Part shown: positions 17,321 through 34,538 of the stretch, one piece after another | How positions within the stretch are numbered: the first letter of the stretch is position 1 | Layout of the letters: every line of letters starts with the position of its first letter | DNA from: Escherichia coli | Lineage (GTDB): Bacteria > Pseudomonadota > Gammaproteobacteria > Enterobacterales > Enterobacteriaceae | DNA: 64,000 nt | Strand: one strand, 5' to 3' | Assembly (NCBI RefSeq): GCF_024298765.1 | Contig: NZ_CP101210.1 | Notes under the pieces: model-generated | The model's input: only the letters and a program-made list of their open reading frames with translations | The model's database searches: none | What the model was told of the DNA's origin: nothing | Position numbers and translations under genes: made by a program

Positions 17321-17450
17321 TGCATCTCCAGAAATCATGAAGGAAACGTCGTTCATATCGGTGGTGTTAATTACAGATATCACGCCCTTTAATTTGGAAA
17401 TAAAACTTTAATCACCAATATTGAAAATGTCACACGCAGATAAATCCAAC

Positions 17451-17485
17451 TTTCAATATTGTTAAGCTCCTCACCAATATTGAAA
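17451..17485. promoter_or_regulatory. Putative CaiF activator site: 11-bp inverted repeats TTTCAATATTG / CAATATTGAAA separated by 13 bp
   Basis: Perfect inverted-repeat half-sites with 13-bp spacer in the divergent fix/cai control region; matches the published architecture of CaiF sites as I recall it. Confidence 0.6.
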
Positions 17486-17507
17486 ACATGGCGTAGAAAA
17501 AAGAAAT

Positions 17508-17542
17508 TTTCAATATTGTTTTATGGATCACCAATATTGAAA
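17508..17542. promoter_or_regulatory. Second putative CaiF site, same half-sites with 13-bp spacer
   Basis: Second copy of TTTCAATATTG-N13-CAATATTGAAA. Confidence 0.6.
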
Positions 17543-17636
17543 GTCAGATGCTATTTTTTACTCACAACAGAACATAACAAACTGATTAATAATCAAAATT
17601 AACGAAAAAATGCCCTCTATTCACCCGAAACAAAAA

Positions 17637-17652
17637 TGTGATAACAATCACA
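17637..17652. promoter_or_regulatory. CRP binding site (TGTGA-N6-TCACA) in cai/fix intergenic region
   Basis: Perfect match to the CRP consensus core TGTGATAACAATCACA. Confidence 0.7.
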
Positions 17653-17788
17653 GAATGCAGCTTATTGAATACCCATTATGAGTTAGCCATTAACGCGTCC
17701 ACGAGGTTAATAATAATTATATTAAATGTTAACAAAAATAAAACAAACGGGAACGCAAAATAAATGTTCGTTTTCACAGTGGAATTAA

Positions 17789-19306
<1,518 letters not shown>

Positions 19307-19336
19307 TTAACCCCCAAAATATCAAGAGGTTGAAAG

Positions 19337-20479
19337 ATGGATTTTAATTTAAATGATGAGCAGGAACTGTTTGTCGCCGGTATCCGCGAACTGATGGCCA
19401 GCGAAAACTGGGAGGCCTATTTTGCCGAGTGCGACCGTGACAGCGTCTACCCGGAACGTTTTGTCAAAGCACTGGCGGATATGGGTATCGACAGTCTGCT
19501 GATTCCTGAAGAGCACGGTGGTCTTGACGCGGGTTTTGTTACTCTCGCCGCCGTGTGGATGGAGCTGGGACGTCTGGGGGCACCAACCTATGTGCTGTAC
19601 CAGTTGCCGGGCGGGTTCAATACCTTCCTGCGCGAAGGCACACAAGAGCAGATCGACAAGATTATGGCTTTCCGCGGCACCGGTAAGCAGATGTGGAACT
19701 CAGCGATTACCGAACCGGGCGCGGGCTCCGACGTGGGTAGCCTGAAAACGACTTATACCCGTAGAAATGGTAAGATTTATCTTAATGGTAGTAAGTGTTT
19801 TATTACCAGCAGCGCCTACACCCCGTACATCGTGGTGATGGCGCGCGACGGGGCTTCTCCGGACAAACCTGTCTACACCGAATGGTTTGTTGATATGAGC
19901 AAACCGGGCATCAAAGTGACCAAACTTGAGAAGCTCGGTCTGCGTATGGATAGCTGCTGTGAAATCACTTTTGACGACGTGGAACTGGACGAGAAAGACA
20001 TGTTCGGTCGGGAAGGTAACGGATTTAACCGCGTCAAAGAAGAGTTCGACCATGAACGTTTCCTGGTAGCCCTGACCAACTACGGTACGGCGATGTGCGC
20101 CTTTGAAGATGCGGCGCGCTACGCCAACCAGCGCGTGCAGTTTGGCGAGGCTATTGGTCGTTTCCAGTTGATTCAGGAAAAATTCGCCCACATGGCGATC
20201 AAATTAAACTCCATGAAAAACATGCTGTATGAAGCAGCGTGGAAAGCAGACAACGGCACCATCACCTCTGGCGATGCAGCGATGTGCAAATACTTCTGCG
20301 CCAATGCGGCATTTGAAGTTGTGGATAGCGCAATGCAGGTGCTGGGCGGTGTCGGGATTGCGGGCAACCACCGCATCAGCCGCTTCTGGCGTGACCTGCG
20401 TGTAGACCGCGTCTCCGGAGGATCTGACGAAATGCAGATCCTGACGCTGGGTCGCGCGGTGCTGAAGCAATACCGCTAA
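19337..20479 (+). CDS. caiA: Crotonobetainyl-CoA reductase
   Basis: 380-aa acyl-CoA dehydrogenase-like ORF. Confidence 0.95.
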
Positions 20480-20489
20480 GTCCGTGCGC

Positions 20490-20562
<73 letters not shown>

Positions 20563-20578
20563 GTCATGCGCTACATAA

Positions 20579-21814
<1,236 letters not shown>

Positions 21815-21871
21815 ACGCGTGGCGTCAGTCAGCTTGCCTGACTAGCGCCCGCTCAATAACAAACGAACAAA

Positions 21872-23440
21872 ATGGATAGAGGTGCAATGGATATCATTGG
21901 CGGACAACATCTACGTCAAATGTGGGACGATCTGGCGGACGTTTACGGTCATAAAACGGCGCTGATTTGTGAATCCAGCAGCGGAGTCGTTAACCGGTAT
22001 AGTTATCTTGAGTTAAATCAGGAGATTAACCGCACGGCAAACCTGTTTTATACGCTGGGGATTCGCAAAGGCGACAAGGTTGCTCTACATCTCGACAACT
22101 GCCCGGAATTTATCTTTTGCTGGTTCGGGTTGGCAAAAATTGGTGCGATTATGGTGCCGATTAACGCCCGCCTGTTGCGCGAAGAAAGCACGTGGATCCT
22201 GCAAAATAGCCAGGCGTGCCTGCTGGTGACCAGTGCGCAATTTTATCCTATGTATCAACAGATTCAGCAGGAAGATGCCTCTCAGTTGCGGCACATTTGC
22301 CTGACAGATATGGCACTTCCCGCTGATGATGGCGTGAGTTCGTTTACTCAACTGAAAAATCAACAACCTGCCACCTTGTGCTATGCACCGCCGCTATCGA
22401 CTGACGATACGGCGGAAATTCTCTTCACCTCCGGCACCACCTCCCGACCGAAAGGGGTGGTGATTACCCATTACAACCTGCGCTTCGCTGGATATTACTC
22501 CGCCTGGCAATGTGCACTGCGTGACGATGACGTCTACCTGACGGTAATGCCTGCGTTTCATATTGACTGCCAGTGTACTGCGGCGATGGCGGCGTTTTCT
22601 GCCGGGGCCACCTTTGTGCTTGTCGAGAAATACAGCGCCCGCGCCTTCTGGGGACAGGTGCAGAACTACCGCGCCACCATTACCGAATGTATTCCGATGA
22701 TGATTCGTACGTTGATGGTGCAGCCGCTTTCAGCGAACGATCGGCAACACTGCCTGCGGGAAGTGATGTTTTATCTCAACCTGTCGGAGCAGGAAAAAGA
22801 CGCGTTTTGTGAACGCTTCAGCGTTCGCTTGCTGACGTCTTATGGGATGACGGAAACCATTGTGGGCATTATCGGCGATCGCCCTGGCGATAAACGGCGC
22901 TGGCCGTCGATTGGTCGGGCGGGCTTTTGCTACGAAGCGGAGATCCGCGACGATCACAATCGTCCCCTCCCGGCTGGTGAGCTCGGTGAAATCTGTATTA
23001 AAGGCGTACCAGGGAAAACCATCTTCAAAGAGTATTTTCTCAACCCGAAAGCCACTGCGAAAGTGCTGGAAGCCGATGGCTGGCTACATACCGGCGATAC
23101 CGGATACCGCGACGAAGAGGGCTTTTTTTATTTCGTCGATCGCCGCTGCAATATGATCAAACGCGGTGGCGAGAATGTCTCCTGCGTGGAGCTCGAAAAT
23201 ATCATCGCCACCCATCCAAAAATTCAGGATATCGTGGTTGTGGGTATTAAAGATTCGATTCGCGATGAAGCCATCAAAGCATTTGTGGTACTGAATGAAG
23301 GTGAAACATTGAGCGAAGAGGAATTCTTCTGCTTCTGTGAACAGAATATGGCGAAATTTAAAGTGCCCTCTTATCTGGAGATCAGAAAAGATCTGCCACG
23401 TAATTGCTCGGGGAAAATAATTAGAAAGAATCTGAAATAA
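21872..23440 (+). CDS. caiC: Carnitine/crotonobetaine-CoA ligase
   Basis: 522-aa ORF, AMP-binding motif ([11 protein letters not shown]); an alternative start at 21887 (MDIIGG) would give 517 aa. Confidence 0.92.
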   Translation: MDRGAMDIIGGQHLRQMWDDLADVYGHKTALICESSSGVVNRYSYLELNQEINRTANLFYTLGIRKGDKVALHLDNCPEFIFCWFGLAKIGAIMVPINARLLREESTWILQNSQACLLVTSAQFYPMYQQIQQEDASQLRHICLTDMALPADDGVSSFTQLKNQQPATLCYAPPLSTDDTAEILFTSGTTSRPKGVVITHYNLRFAGYYSAWQCALRDDDVYLTVMPAFHIDCQCTAAMAAFSAGATFVLVEKYSARAFWGQVQNYRATITECIPMMIRTLMVQPLSANDRQHCLREVMFYLNLSEQEKDAFCERFSVRLLTSYGMTETIVGIIGDRPGDKRRWPSIGRAGFCYEAEIRDDHNRPLPAGELGEICIKGVPGKTIFKEYFLNPKATAKVLEADGWLHTGDTGYRDEEGFFYFVDRRCNMIKRGGENVSCVELENIIATHPKIQDIVVVGIKDSIRDEAIKAFVVLNEGETLSEEEFFCFCEQNMAKFKVPSYLEIRKDLPRNCSGKIIRKNLK

Positions 23441-23548
23441 ATGAAACGGCAGGGAACTACCCTGTCAGCTAATAATCACGCTCTAAAACAATATGCATTT
23501 TTTGCAGGGATGTTGTCGTCCCTGAAAAAGCAAAAATGGAGAAAAGGA

Positions 23549-24334
23549 ATGAGTGAATCATTACATCTGACCCGCAATGGATCAATTCTGGAAATTACCC
23601 TTGATCGTCCAAAAGCGAATGCTATTGATGCAAAAACCAGCTTTGAAATGGGCGAAGTATTTCTAAATTTCCGTGACGATCCGCAATTACGTGTCGCCAT
23701 TATTACCGGTGCCGGAGAGAAATTCTTTTCCGCGGGCTGGGATTTAAAAGCGGCAGCAGAAGGCGAAGCACCGGATGCTGACTTTGGCCCGGGAGGTTTT
23801 GCGGGATTAACCGAAATTTTCAATCTCGACAAACCGGTCATCGCCGCTGTGAACGGCTATGCCTTTGGCGGCGGCTTTGAACTGGCGCTGGCGGCAGATT
23901 TTATTGTTTGTGCCGATAACGCCAGCTTCGCCCTACCGGAAGCCAAACTGGGCATCGTTCCTGACAGCGGCGGCGTGCTGCGTCTGCCGAAGATCCTGCC
24001 GCCTGCCATCGTCAATGAAATGGTGATGACCGGCAGACGAATGGGCGCAGAAGAGGCGCTGCGTTGGGGGGTAGTCAACCGCGTGGTTAGCCAGGCGGAA
24101 CTGATGGATAACGCCCGCGAACTGGCGCAGCAGCTGGTTAACAGCGCTCCGCTGGCGATTGCGGCGCTGAAAGAGATCTACCGCACCACCAGTGAAATGC
24201 CGGTAGAAGAAGCGTATCGCTATATTCGCAGCGGCGTGTTGAAACACTATCCATCGGTTCTGCATTCGGAGGATGCCATTGAAGGGCCGCTGGCGTTTGC
24301 CGAGAAGCGCGATCCAGTGTGGAAAGGACGTTAA
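23549..24334 (+). CDS. caiD: Carnitinyl-CoA dehydratase (crotonase family)
   Basis: Start placed at ATG 23549 ([11 protein letters not shown]) for a 261-aa product; the ORF track extends to 23441 immediately after the caiC stop. Confidence 0.88.
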   Translation: MSESLHLTRNGSILEITLDRPKANAIDAKTSFEMGEVFLNFRDDPQLRVAIITGAGEKFFSAGWDLKAAAEGEAPDADFGPGGFAGLTEIFNLDKPVIAAVNGYAFGGGFELALAADFIVCADNASFALPEAKLGIVPDSGGVLRLPKILPPAIVNEMVMTGRRMGAEEALRWGVVNRVVSQAELMDNARELAQQLVNSAPLAIAALKEIYRTTSEMPVEEAYRYIRSGVLKHYPSVLHSEDAIEGPLAFAEKRDPVWKGR

Positions 24335-24339
24335 CAACC

Positions 24340-24930
24340 GTGAGCTATTACGCCTTTGAGGGGTTAATTCCGGTGGTTCACCCGACGGCGTTTGTCCATC
24401 CCAGCGCAGTCTTGATTGGCGATGTGATTGTGGGAGCCGGTGTCTACATCGGCCCACTCGCCTCACTGCGTGGTGACTACGGGCGGTTGATCGTGCAAGC
24501 GGGAGCCAATATTCAGGATGGCTGCATTATGCATGGCTACTGCGACACTGACACCATCGTTGGGGAAAACGGTCATATCGGGCACGGAGCGATCCTGCAT
24601 GGTTGTGTGATTGGTCGCGATGCACTGGTCGGGATGAACAGCGTGATTATGGATGGCGCGGTCATTGGCGAAGAGAGCATTGTTGCCGCTATGAGCTTTG
24701 TCAAAGCGGGCTTTCGCGGCGAGAAACGCCAGTTGTTGATGGGTACGCCAGCCCGCGCTGTACGCAGCGTGAGTGACGACGAGTTACACTGGAAACGGTT
24801 GAATACCAAAGAGTATCAGGATCTTGTCGGGCGCTGTCATGCATCATTACATGAAACGCAGCCACTGAGGCAAATGGAGGAAAATCGCCCCCGTTTGCAG
24901 GGGACGACGGATGTGACGCCGAAACGGTGA
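24340..24930 (+). CDS. caiE: Carnitine operon protein CaiE (hexapeptide-repeat transferase family)
   Basis: GTG at 24340 gives 196 aa (M)[14 protein letters not shown]; start choice is from recalled annotation. Confidence 0.85.
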   Translation: MSYYAFEGLIPVVHPTAFVHPSAVLIGDVIVGAGVYIGPLASLRGDYGRLIVQAGANIQDGCIMHGYCDTDTIVGENGHIGHGAILHGCVIGRDALVGMNSVIMDGAVIGEESIVAAMSFVKAGFRGEKRQLLMGTPARAVRSVSDDELHWKRLNTKEYQDLVGRCHASLHETQPLRQMEENRPRLQGTTDVTPKR

Positions 24931-24934
24931 TCTT

Positions 24935-25029
24935 TCCGGATGCGGCGTAAACGCCTTATCCGACCTGGCTGGAAAGCAACCGTAGGCCGGATAAGATGCG
25001 CCATGAACTGCATCCGGCAACCAGGCTGC
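24935..25029. repeat. REP elements between convergent caiE and caiF
   Basis: GGATGCGGCGTAAACGCCTTATCCG and GTAGGCCGGATAAGATGCGCC motifs. Confidence 0.6.
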
Positions 25030-25049
25030 GTGGTATCAACGAAATGACA

Positions 25050-25445
25050 TTAACGACGCATACTCTTTGACAACATCATCTGCCACTTCTGCTCGCGGTT
25101 AAGTTCCGTGAGCGGAACGGCAGGAATACGCGGCGTCTTTCTTACGCCGACTAATTTATCCCGGCTGTTATTGCGCAGACGCGCGTAAATTTGCTCATCG
25201 ATATCAACCACTTTTACCAGTCGCTGGCACTGGCATCCCCGCCCTTCCAGCTTATTAGGGATCATCTTAACTTCGCAGCTTATTTCTGTGACTTCCGACA
25301 GAATATAAGTCAGGGTATTAACCGCCTTGCTGTGTTCAATATCGAAATGAATAGAGATCTCTCTTGCTATCACCCACCGGTTTTCAGCCATCATCCATTC
25401 GGCGATTAACAAATAGAGTGGTTTTTCAACACATCCTTCACACAT
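25050..25445 (-). CDS. caiF: Transcriptional activator of cai/fix operons
   Basis: 131 aa from ATG at 25445 (MCEGCVEKPLYLLIAEW). Confidence 0.9.
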   Translation of the reverse strand: MCEGCVEKPLYLLIAEWMMAENRWVIAREISIHFDIEHSKAVNTLTYILSEVTEISCEVKMIPNKLEGRGCQCQRLVKVVDIDEQIYARLRNNSRDKLVGVRKTPRIPAVPLTELNREQKWQMMLSKSMRR

Positions 25446-25705
25446 ACGAACTCCAGTTTCACAAATTAAAAGACTGGCTATGACTCGTTTTGCAGCAATT
25501 AAACAAGGCCATATTAAAATTGTGGATATATCGATAGTATGCAACTTCACCGTCGATAAGTGTGAGCTAAATCCTGCTTATGTCATCAAAAATATCGATT
25601 CCCCAAAAGATTTACTTAATGGGCAAAAAAAACGGTCCTCATCAGAGAACCGTATTAGTTATTCGATCAAATTAGCGGATGAAAAATATCCGCCATGACA
25701 CGCTA

Positions 25706-28927
<3,222 letters not shown>

Positions 28928-28944
28928 GGCTCTTTTACTCCTGA

Positions 28945-30093
28945 TTACTTAGCGGTTTTACGGTACTGCTCAATTAACTCGATAAAGTGGTCAAACAACG
29001 GCGCGGCGTCGTGTGGACCAGGGCTGGCTTCCGGGTGTCCCTGGAAGCTGAACGCCGGTTTATCGGTACGATGAATGCCCTGTAACGTACCGTCGAACAG
29101 GGATTTATGTGTGACACGCAGGTTTGCAGGTAATGTTGCTTCATCCACCGCAAAACCGTGGTTCTGGGCGGTAATCATCACCACATTTTTCTCAACATCT
29201 TTAACCGGATGGTTGCCGCCGTGGTGACCAAATTTCATTTTTACAGTCTTCGCACCGCTCGCCAGCGCCAGCAGCTGATGACCGAGGCAGATGCCGAATA
29301 CCGGAATATCGGTTTCGAGGAATTTCTGGATGGCGGTAATGGCGTAATCGCACGGGGCCGGGTCGCCAGGACCGTTGGAGAGGAAGATGCCGTCCGGATT
29401 CATTTTCAGCACATCTTCCGCAGAAGTTTGTGCCGGAACGATGGTCAGGCGACAACCTCTATCCACCAGCATCCGCAGGATGTTGCGCTTGGCACCAAAA
29501 TCATAAGCCACGACGTGGAACGGCAGCTCGTCTTCTTTTTTCGCTTCTGGCAGGCCGCCGGTCAGCGTCCAGCTCCCTTGTGTCCAGCTATAGGGTTCTG
29601 CGGTAGTCACTTCTTTTGCCAGATCCATGCCATTCAGGCCAGGGAACGCGCGGGCTTTTTCTAACGCCAGCGCCGCATCCGGGTTGTCACCCGCAATAAT
29701 GCAGCCATTCTGTGCGCCTTTCTCGCGCAGTAAACGCGTCAGCTTACGGGTATCGATATCGGCAATCGCCACGATGTTATGGCGCTTCAGGTAAGAAGAG
29801 AGGTCTTCGGTATTACGGAAGTTGCTGGCAATCAGCGGCAGGTCGCGAATCACCAGACCTTGGGCATGTACCTGAGAAGATTCTTCATCGGCGTCATTAG
29901 TGCCGACATTGCCAATATGGGGATAAGTAAGAGTAACGATTTGACGAGAATAGGAAGGATCAGTGAGGATTTCTTGATAACCGGTCATTGAAGTATTGAA
30001 AACGACTTCCCCAACCGCCGAACCTGTTGCCCCTATGGCCCGACCGTGAAACTGGGTTCCGTCTTCCAGAACCAATAGCGCTGACTTAATCAA
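28945..30093 (-). CDS. carA: Carbamoyl-phosphate synthase small (glutaminase) subunit
   Basis: 382 aa from a TTG start at 30093 ([12 protein letters not shown]) preceded by GGAGG; the ORF track extends further upstream. Confidence 0.9.
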   Translation of the reverse strand: MIKSALLVLEDGTQFHGRAIGATGSAVGEVVFNTSMTGYQEILTDPSYSRQIVTLTYPHIGNVGTNDADEESSQVHAQGLVIRDLPLIASNFRNTEDLSSYLKRHNIVAIADIDTRKLTRLLREKGAQNGCIIAGDNPDAALALEKARAFPGLNGMDLAKEVTTAEPYSWTQGSWTLTGGLPEAKKEDELPFHVVAYDFGAKRNILRMLVDRGCRLTIVPAQTSAEDVLKMNPDGIFLSNGPGDPAPCDYAITAIQKFLETDIPVFGICLGHQLLALASGAKTVKMKFGHHGGNHPVKDVEKNVVMITAQNHGFAVDEATLPANLRVTHKSLFDGTLQGIHRTDKPAFSFQGHPEASPGPHDAAPLFDHFIELIEQYRKTAK

Positions 30094-30105
30094 AACACCC
30101 TCCAG

Positions 30106-30143
30106 AGAATATTCACTCACTTTATTTGCATATTAATTCACAA
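30106..30143 (-). promoter_or_regulatory. carAB P2 operator: tandem ARG boxes (ArgR binding)
   Basis: Minus-strand sequence TGAATTAATATGCAAATAAAGTGAGTGAATATTC matches the ARG-box pattern just upstream of carA. Confidence 0.65.
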
Positions 30144-30472
30144 TGATGACGTAAATCAATGCAAATCTGCTTACCGACGAATTTCTGGCAAACGGCGGCA
30201 TTCTGGAGATATGGGAGCTAAAAGTCAACTTAATGGCGGGATTTTTTATATTATTTTGTGGCTCATGCATGTTTTACAGGCATTAAGCGGCAAAAAGATC
30301 ATATAACATGTTCTGGAAAACGCTTGCGCAGCAAGAAGATTGCATGAAATCAAAATGAGCAGAAAAAAGTGGACCAAATGGTCAAAATTTACATTAAAAC
30401 AACAAAAACAGAATACAAAACATGTAATTTTCAGCACTTGCATTAAATTTAAAAGAATAACACCAAAAATAA

Positions 30473-30500
30473 AAGGGCTAAAAATTAAAGCCCTTTATAA
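30473..30500 (-). terminator. Rho-independent terminator downstream of dapB
   Basis: Hairpin AAGGGCTTTAATTTTTAGCCCTT followed by a T-run on the minus strand. Confidence 0.55.
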
Positions 30501-30548
30501 TCAAAAAATTAAATGTGTTATTTTTGCATCATCACAAACATTTTGTGG

Positions 30549-31385
<837 letters not shown>

Positions 31386-31536
31386 TTAATTTGCATAGAC
31401 CGTTTTCAGAGTAACCAGCGCATCGCTACGCCGCCAGCCAAAAACGCTGATAATTAGAAATTAATGATAAACAGGGAGGGATATCAGTGAAAGGCATGAG
31501 TCGATGAATGACTGCATGCCGATAACATGTGACAGG

Positions 31537-32451
31537 TTACGGCACCAGAGCCAGCACCTCAGCTACCCACTGCTGGAAGCCTTTTACATTCAGATCCAAT
31601 GCCACCTGTACATTGGCTGGTTTGCCCAGGCAACCGTCGATATCAACCACCGTCGTGCCAGAGGTAAATTCGCCCTGCGTTTCCACTGCCACAAAACACG
31701 GCTTGAGGGTGAATAAGTCCGGGCGCACCAGCCAGGCGATGGCGCAGAGATCGTGCATTCGCAGTCCACTTTGCATACTGCCGCTACGGTAGTGACTAAA
31801 CAGGGCGTGGAGCATTTTTCCGGTGCGATTCAACTCCGGCAAAGTAGCGAGATAGTCAGGGGTTAATATTGCCTGATTGGTGACATCCAGACCGCACATG
31901 ACAATTTCGATTCCGCTACGGAAGACACAGGCAGCCGCTTCTGGATCGGCGGCGATATTAAACTCGGCATTTGGTGTACAGTTGCCGCGACCAGCAGAAC
32001 CGCCCATGATCACCAGACGACGAATATACTGTTTACATTCCGGGCATTGTGAAAGTAACAGCGCAATATTGGTTAACGGGCCAATGGCTACCAGCGTAAC
32101 AGGCTCTGGTGCACGCAGCAGGGCATCACGAATCGCCAGAAACGCTGGTATCTCGAGTGGCTTTCGGTTGTGCTCAACAAAGTCGTAGCCAGCCATTCCC
32201 GATTCACCGTGCACAGATGCCGCATCACGCGGTGCGCGTACCAGCGGTACGGCTGCGCCCTGGGCAAGCGGAATCTCCGCATTCCAGAAATGCAGCAGTT
32301 GCAGGGCGTTGCGGGTCGTTTTCTCAACCGAGACATTACCCGCGACGGTGGTCATCAGTTGCAGGTCGAGTTCGGGGGCAAAAATCGCGGCGGCAATGGC
32401 GACGGCATCGTCAATGCCGGGGTCAGTATCGAGGAAGATAGGTAAACGCAT
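31537..32451 (-). CDS. rihC: Non-specific ribonucleoside hydrolase
   Basis: 304 aa from ATG at 32451 ([15 protein letters not shown]). Confidence 0.92.
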   Translation of the reverse strand: MRLPIFLDTDPGIDDAVAIAAAIFAPELDLQLMTTVAGNVSVEKTTRNALQLLHFWNAEIPLAQGAAVPLVRAPRDAASVHGESGMAGYDFVEHNRKPLEIPAFLAIRDALLRAPEPVTLVAIGPLTNIALLLSQCPECKQYIRRLVIMGGSAGRGNCTPNAEFNIAADPEAAACVFRSGIEIVMCGLDVTNQAILTPDYLATLPELNRTGKMLHALFSHYRSGSMQSGLRMHDLCAIAWLVRPDLFTLKPCFVAVETQGEFTSGTTVVDIDGCLGKPANVQVALDLNVKGFQQWVAEVLALVP

Positions 32452-32462
32452 GTTTTCTCCAT

Positions 32463-32532
32463 AAAAAATGCCGGTAACAAGACCGGCATTTTTTATGGAG
32501 AAAACATGCCGGTAACAAGACCGGCATTTTCG
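32463..32532 (-). terminator. Two tandem copies of a hairpin (GCCGGTCTTGTTACCGGC plus T-run) between ispH and rihC; likely terminators
   Basis: 38-bp periodic repeat; each copy is a GC-rich stem followed by T-run on the minus strand. Confidence 0.5.
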
Positions 32533-32554
32533 CATAACTTAGGCTGCTAATGAC

Positions 32555-33505
32555 TTAATCGACTTCACGAATATCGACACGCAACTCTTTCGGCACTTCG
32601 AAAACAATGTTTTCTTCACGACCTTCCAGCGGAATGGCTTCGCCACCGCCAAGCTGCTGTAAACGTGCGACTACGTTCTGTACCAGAATATCCGGAGCCG
32701 ATGCGCCCGCAGTCACGCCGACGCATTTAACCTCTTTCACCCACTCTTCCTGGATATCTTTCGCATCGTCAATCAAAAACGCGCGTTTGCCCATGCGCTG
32801 GGCCAGTTCCGCCAGACGGTTGGAGTTGGAGGAGTTTTTCGAACCGACCACCAGCACCACTTCCGCCTGTTCTGCCAGAGCGCGTACCGCTTCCTGACGG
32901 TTAGTAGTGGCGTAGCAGATGTCATCTTTGCGCGGACCGACAATTTTCGGGAAGCGTTTACGCAGCGCGTCGATCACATCAGACGTGTCATCCACCGACA
33001 GCGTGGTTTGGGTCATAAAGGAGAGCTTCTCTTCGTTTTTGACCGTCAGTTTCCACACATCGTCTGGCGATTCGACCAGATACATTCCCCCTTCCGGGTT
33101 GCTGTACTGACCCATTGTCCCTTCCACTTCCGGGTGACCGGCGTGGCCGATGAGAATAGATTCTTCGCCACGGCGACTGGCGCGGGCGACTTCCATATGC
33201 ACTTTGGTCACCAGCGGACAGGTGGCGTCGAATACCGTCAAATCACGGCTTTTCGCTTCGTTACGTACCGCCTGAGAAACACCGTGTGCGGAGAAAATCA
33301 GGATCGCGCCGTCCGGTACTTCGCTAATCTGCTCAATAAAGATAGCCCCACGCTCGCGCAGGCTATCGACCACATAGCGGTTATGCACCACTTCATGACG
33401 GACATATATCGGTGCGCCGTAAATGGCCAGCGCGTTTTCAACAATGCTGATAGCGCGGTCTACCCCGGCACAAAAACCACGCGGGTTGGCCAACAGGATC
33501 TGCAT
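32555..33505 (-). CDS. ispH: 4-hydroxy-3-methylbut-2-enyl diphosphate reductase
   Basis: 316 aa from ATG at 33505 ([19 protein letters not shown]). Confidence 0.95.
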
Positions 33506-33506
33506 G

Positions 33507-33956
33507 TTACGCCTCCAGTGCCGGATCGATTTCCAGCACTTCAATATCAAAATGAACGGTCTGCCCGGCCAGCGGATGGTTGAAATCAACGGTAATAGAG
33601 TCGCCGTTAATTTCGCGGATCACGCCAGGCATCTCACTGCCATCCATTGCGGTAAAAAGCATGATTGCGCCAATTTCTGGCTCGCCTGCATCCATAAATT
33701 CACGGCGGGAGAAGTACTGAATCAGGTCCGGTGACGGCACGCCAAACGCCGCATCTGGCTCCAGCGAGAAGGTGGTTTTATCGCCCACTTTCAGCCCCAG
33801 CAGGTGTTGCTCCAGCCCTTCAGAAAGAGAAGCATCACCCAGGCGGAACAGCGCCGGTTTACCGTTGTTGCGGGTAGACTCGGCGGTGGTGCCATCGTCG
33901 AGTTTTAGCGTGAAATGCACCAGGACGGCGCTATTGCTCTGTACAGATTCAGACAT
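33507..33956 (-). CDS. fkpB: FKBP-type peptidyl-prolyl cis-trans isomerase
   Basis: 149-aa ORF. Confidence 0.93.
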
Positions 33957-34043
33957 GCAGGTTTGCTCTTATATTTTGAGGATTTTTGCCGGATGCGGCC
34001 TACGATTTCGCAGCAATCAGTAGGCTGCATCCGGCAGGGTTTA

Positions 34044-34538
34044 TTATTGTTTTTTCGCTTTAGAAGGTAAAAAACCTTCCAGCACAATCAGTGCCGCACC
34101 GACACAAATGGCAGTATCGGCAAGGTTGAAGGTGGCGAAGTGCCAGTCGCCGACGTAGAAGTCGATCATATCGACAACGAAGCCGTGCCACAGGCGGTCG
34201 AACAGGTTGCCCAGTGCGCCGCCAATAATCAGCGCGTAAGCGATATTGTTTAGCTTCTGCGTGGCCTTCGAGCGATACATCATCACTGCCAGGATCACGC
34301 TAATACCAATCGCAATACCGGCAAAGAACCAACGCTGCCAGCCGCCGCTATCGGCAAGGAAACTAAACGCCGCGCCATAGTTACGCGCATAATGCAGATT
34401 AAGCGACGGGAACAGCGGGACCGTATCCCCCAGAGCAAAGTTCTGGAGGATCAGGTATTTGCTGCCCAGATCGATAATCAGCACGACTACCACCAGCCAC
34501 AGCCAGCGTAGCCCTGTTGAACAGATCGATTGACTCAT
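34044..34538 (-). CDS. lspA: Lipoprotein signal peptidase (signal peptidase II)
   Basis: 164-aa membrane ORF; start overlaps ileS stop. Confidence 0.95.

Noticed and set aside
23441-23548. N-terminal extension of caiD (ORF starting right after the caiC stop)
   Set aside because: The conserved crotonase-fold protein begins at MSESLHL (23549); the extension is probably untranslated spacer, although an alternative upstream start cannot be excluded
32491-32548. 14-codon plus-strand mini-ORF ([14 protein letters not shown]) created by the duplicated rihC start region
   Set aside because: It is a by-product of the palindromic duplication and lies inside the terminator hairpin; no reason to consider it expressed
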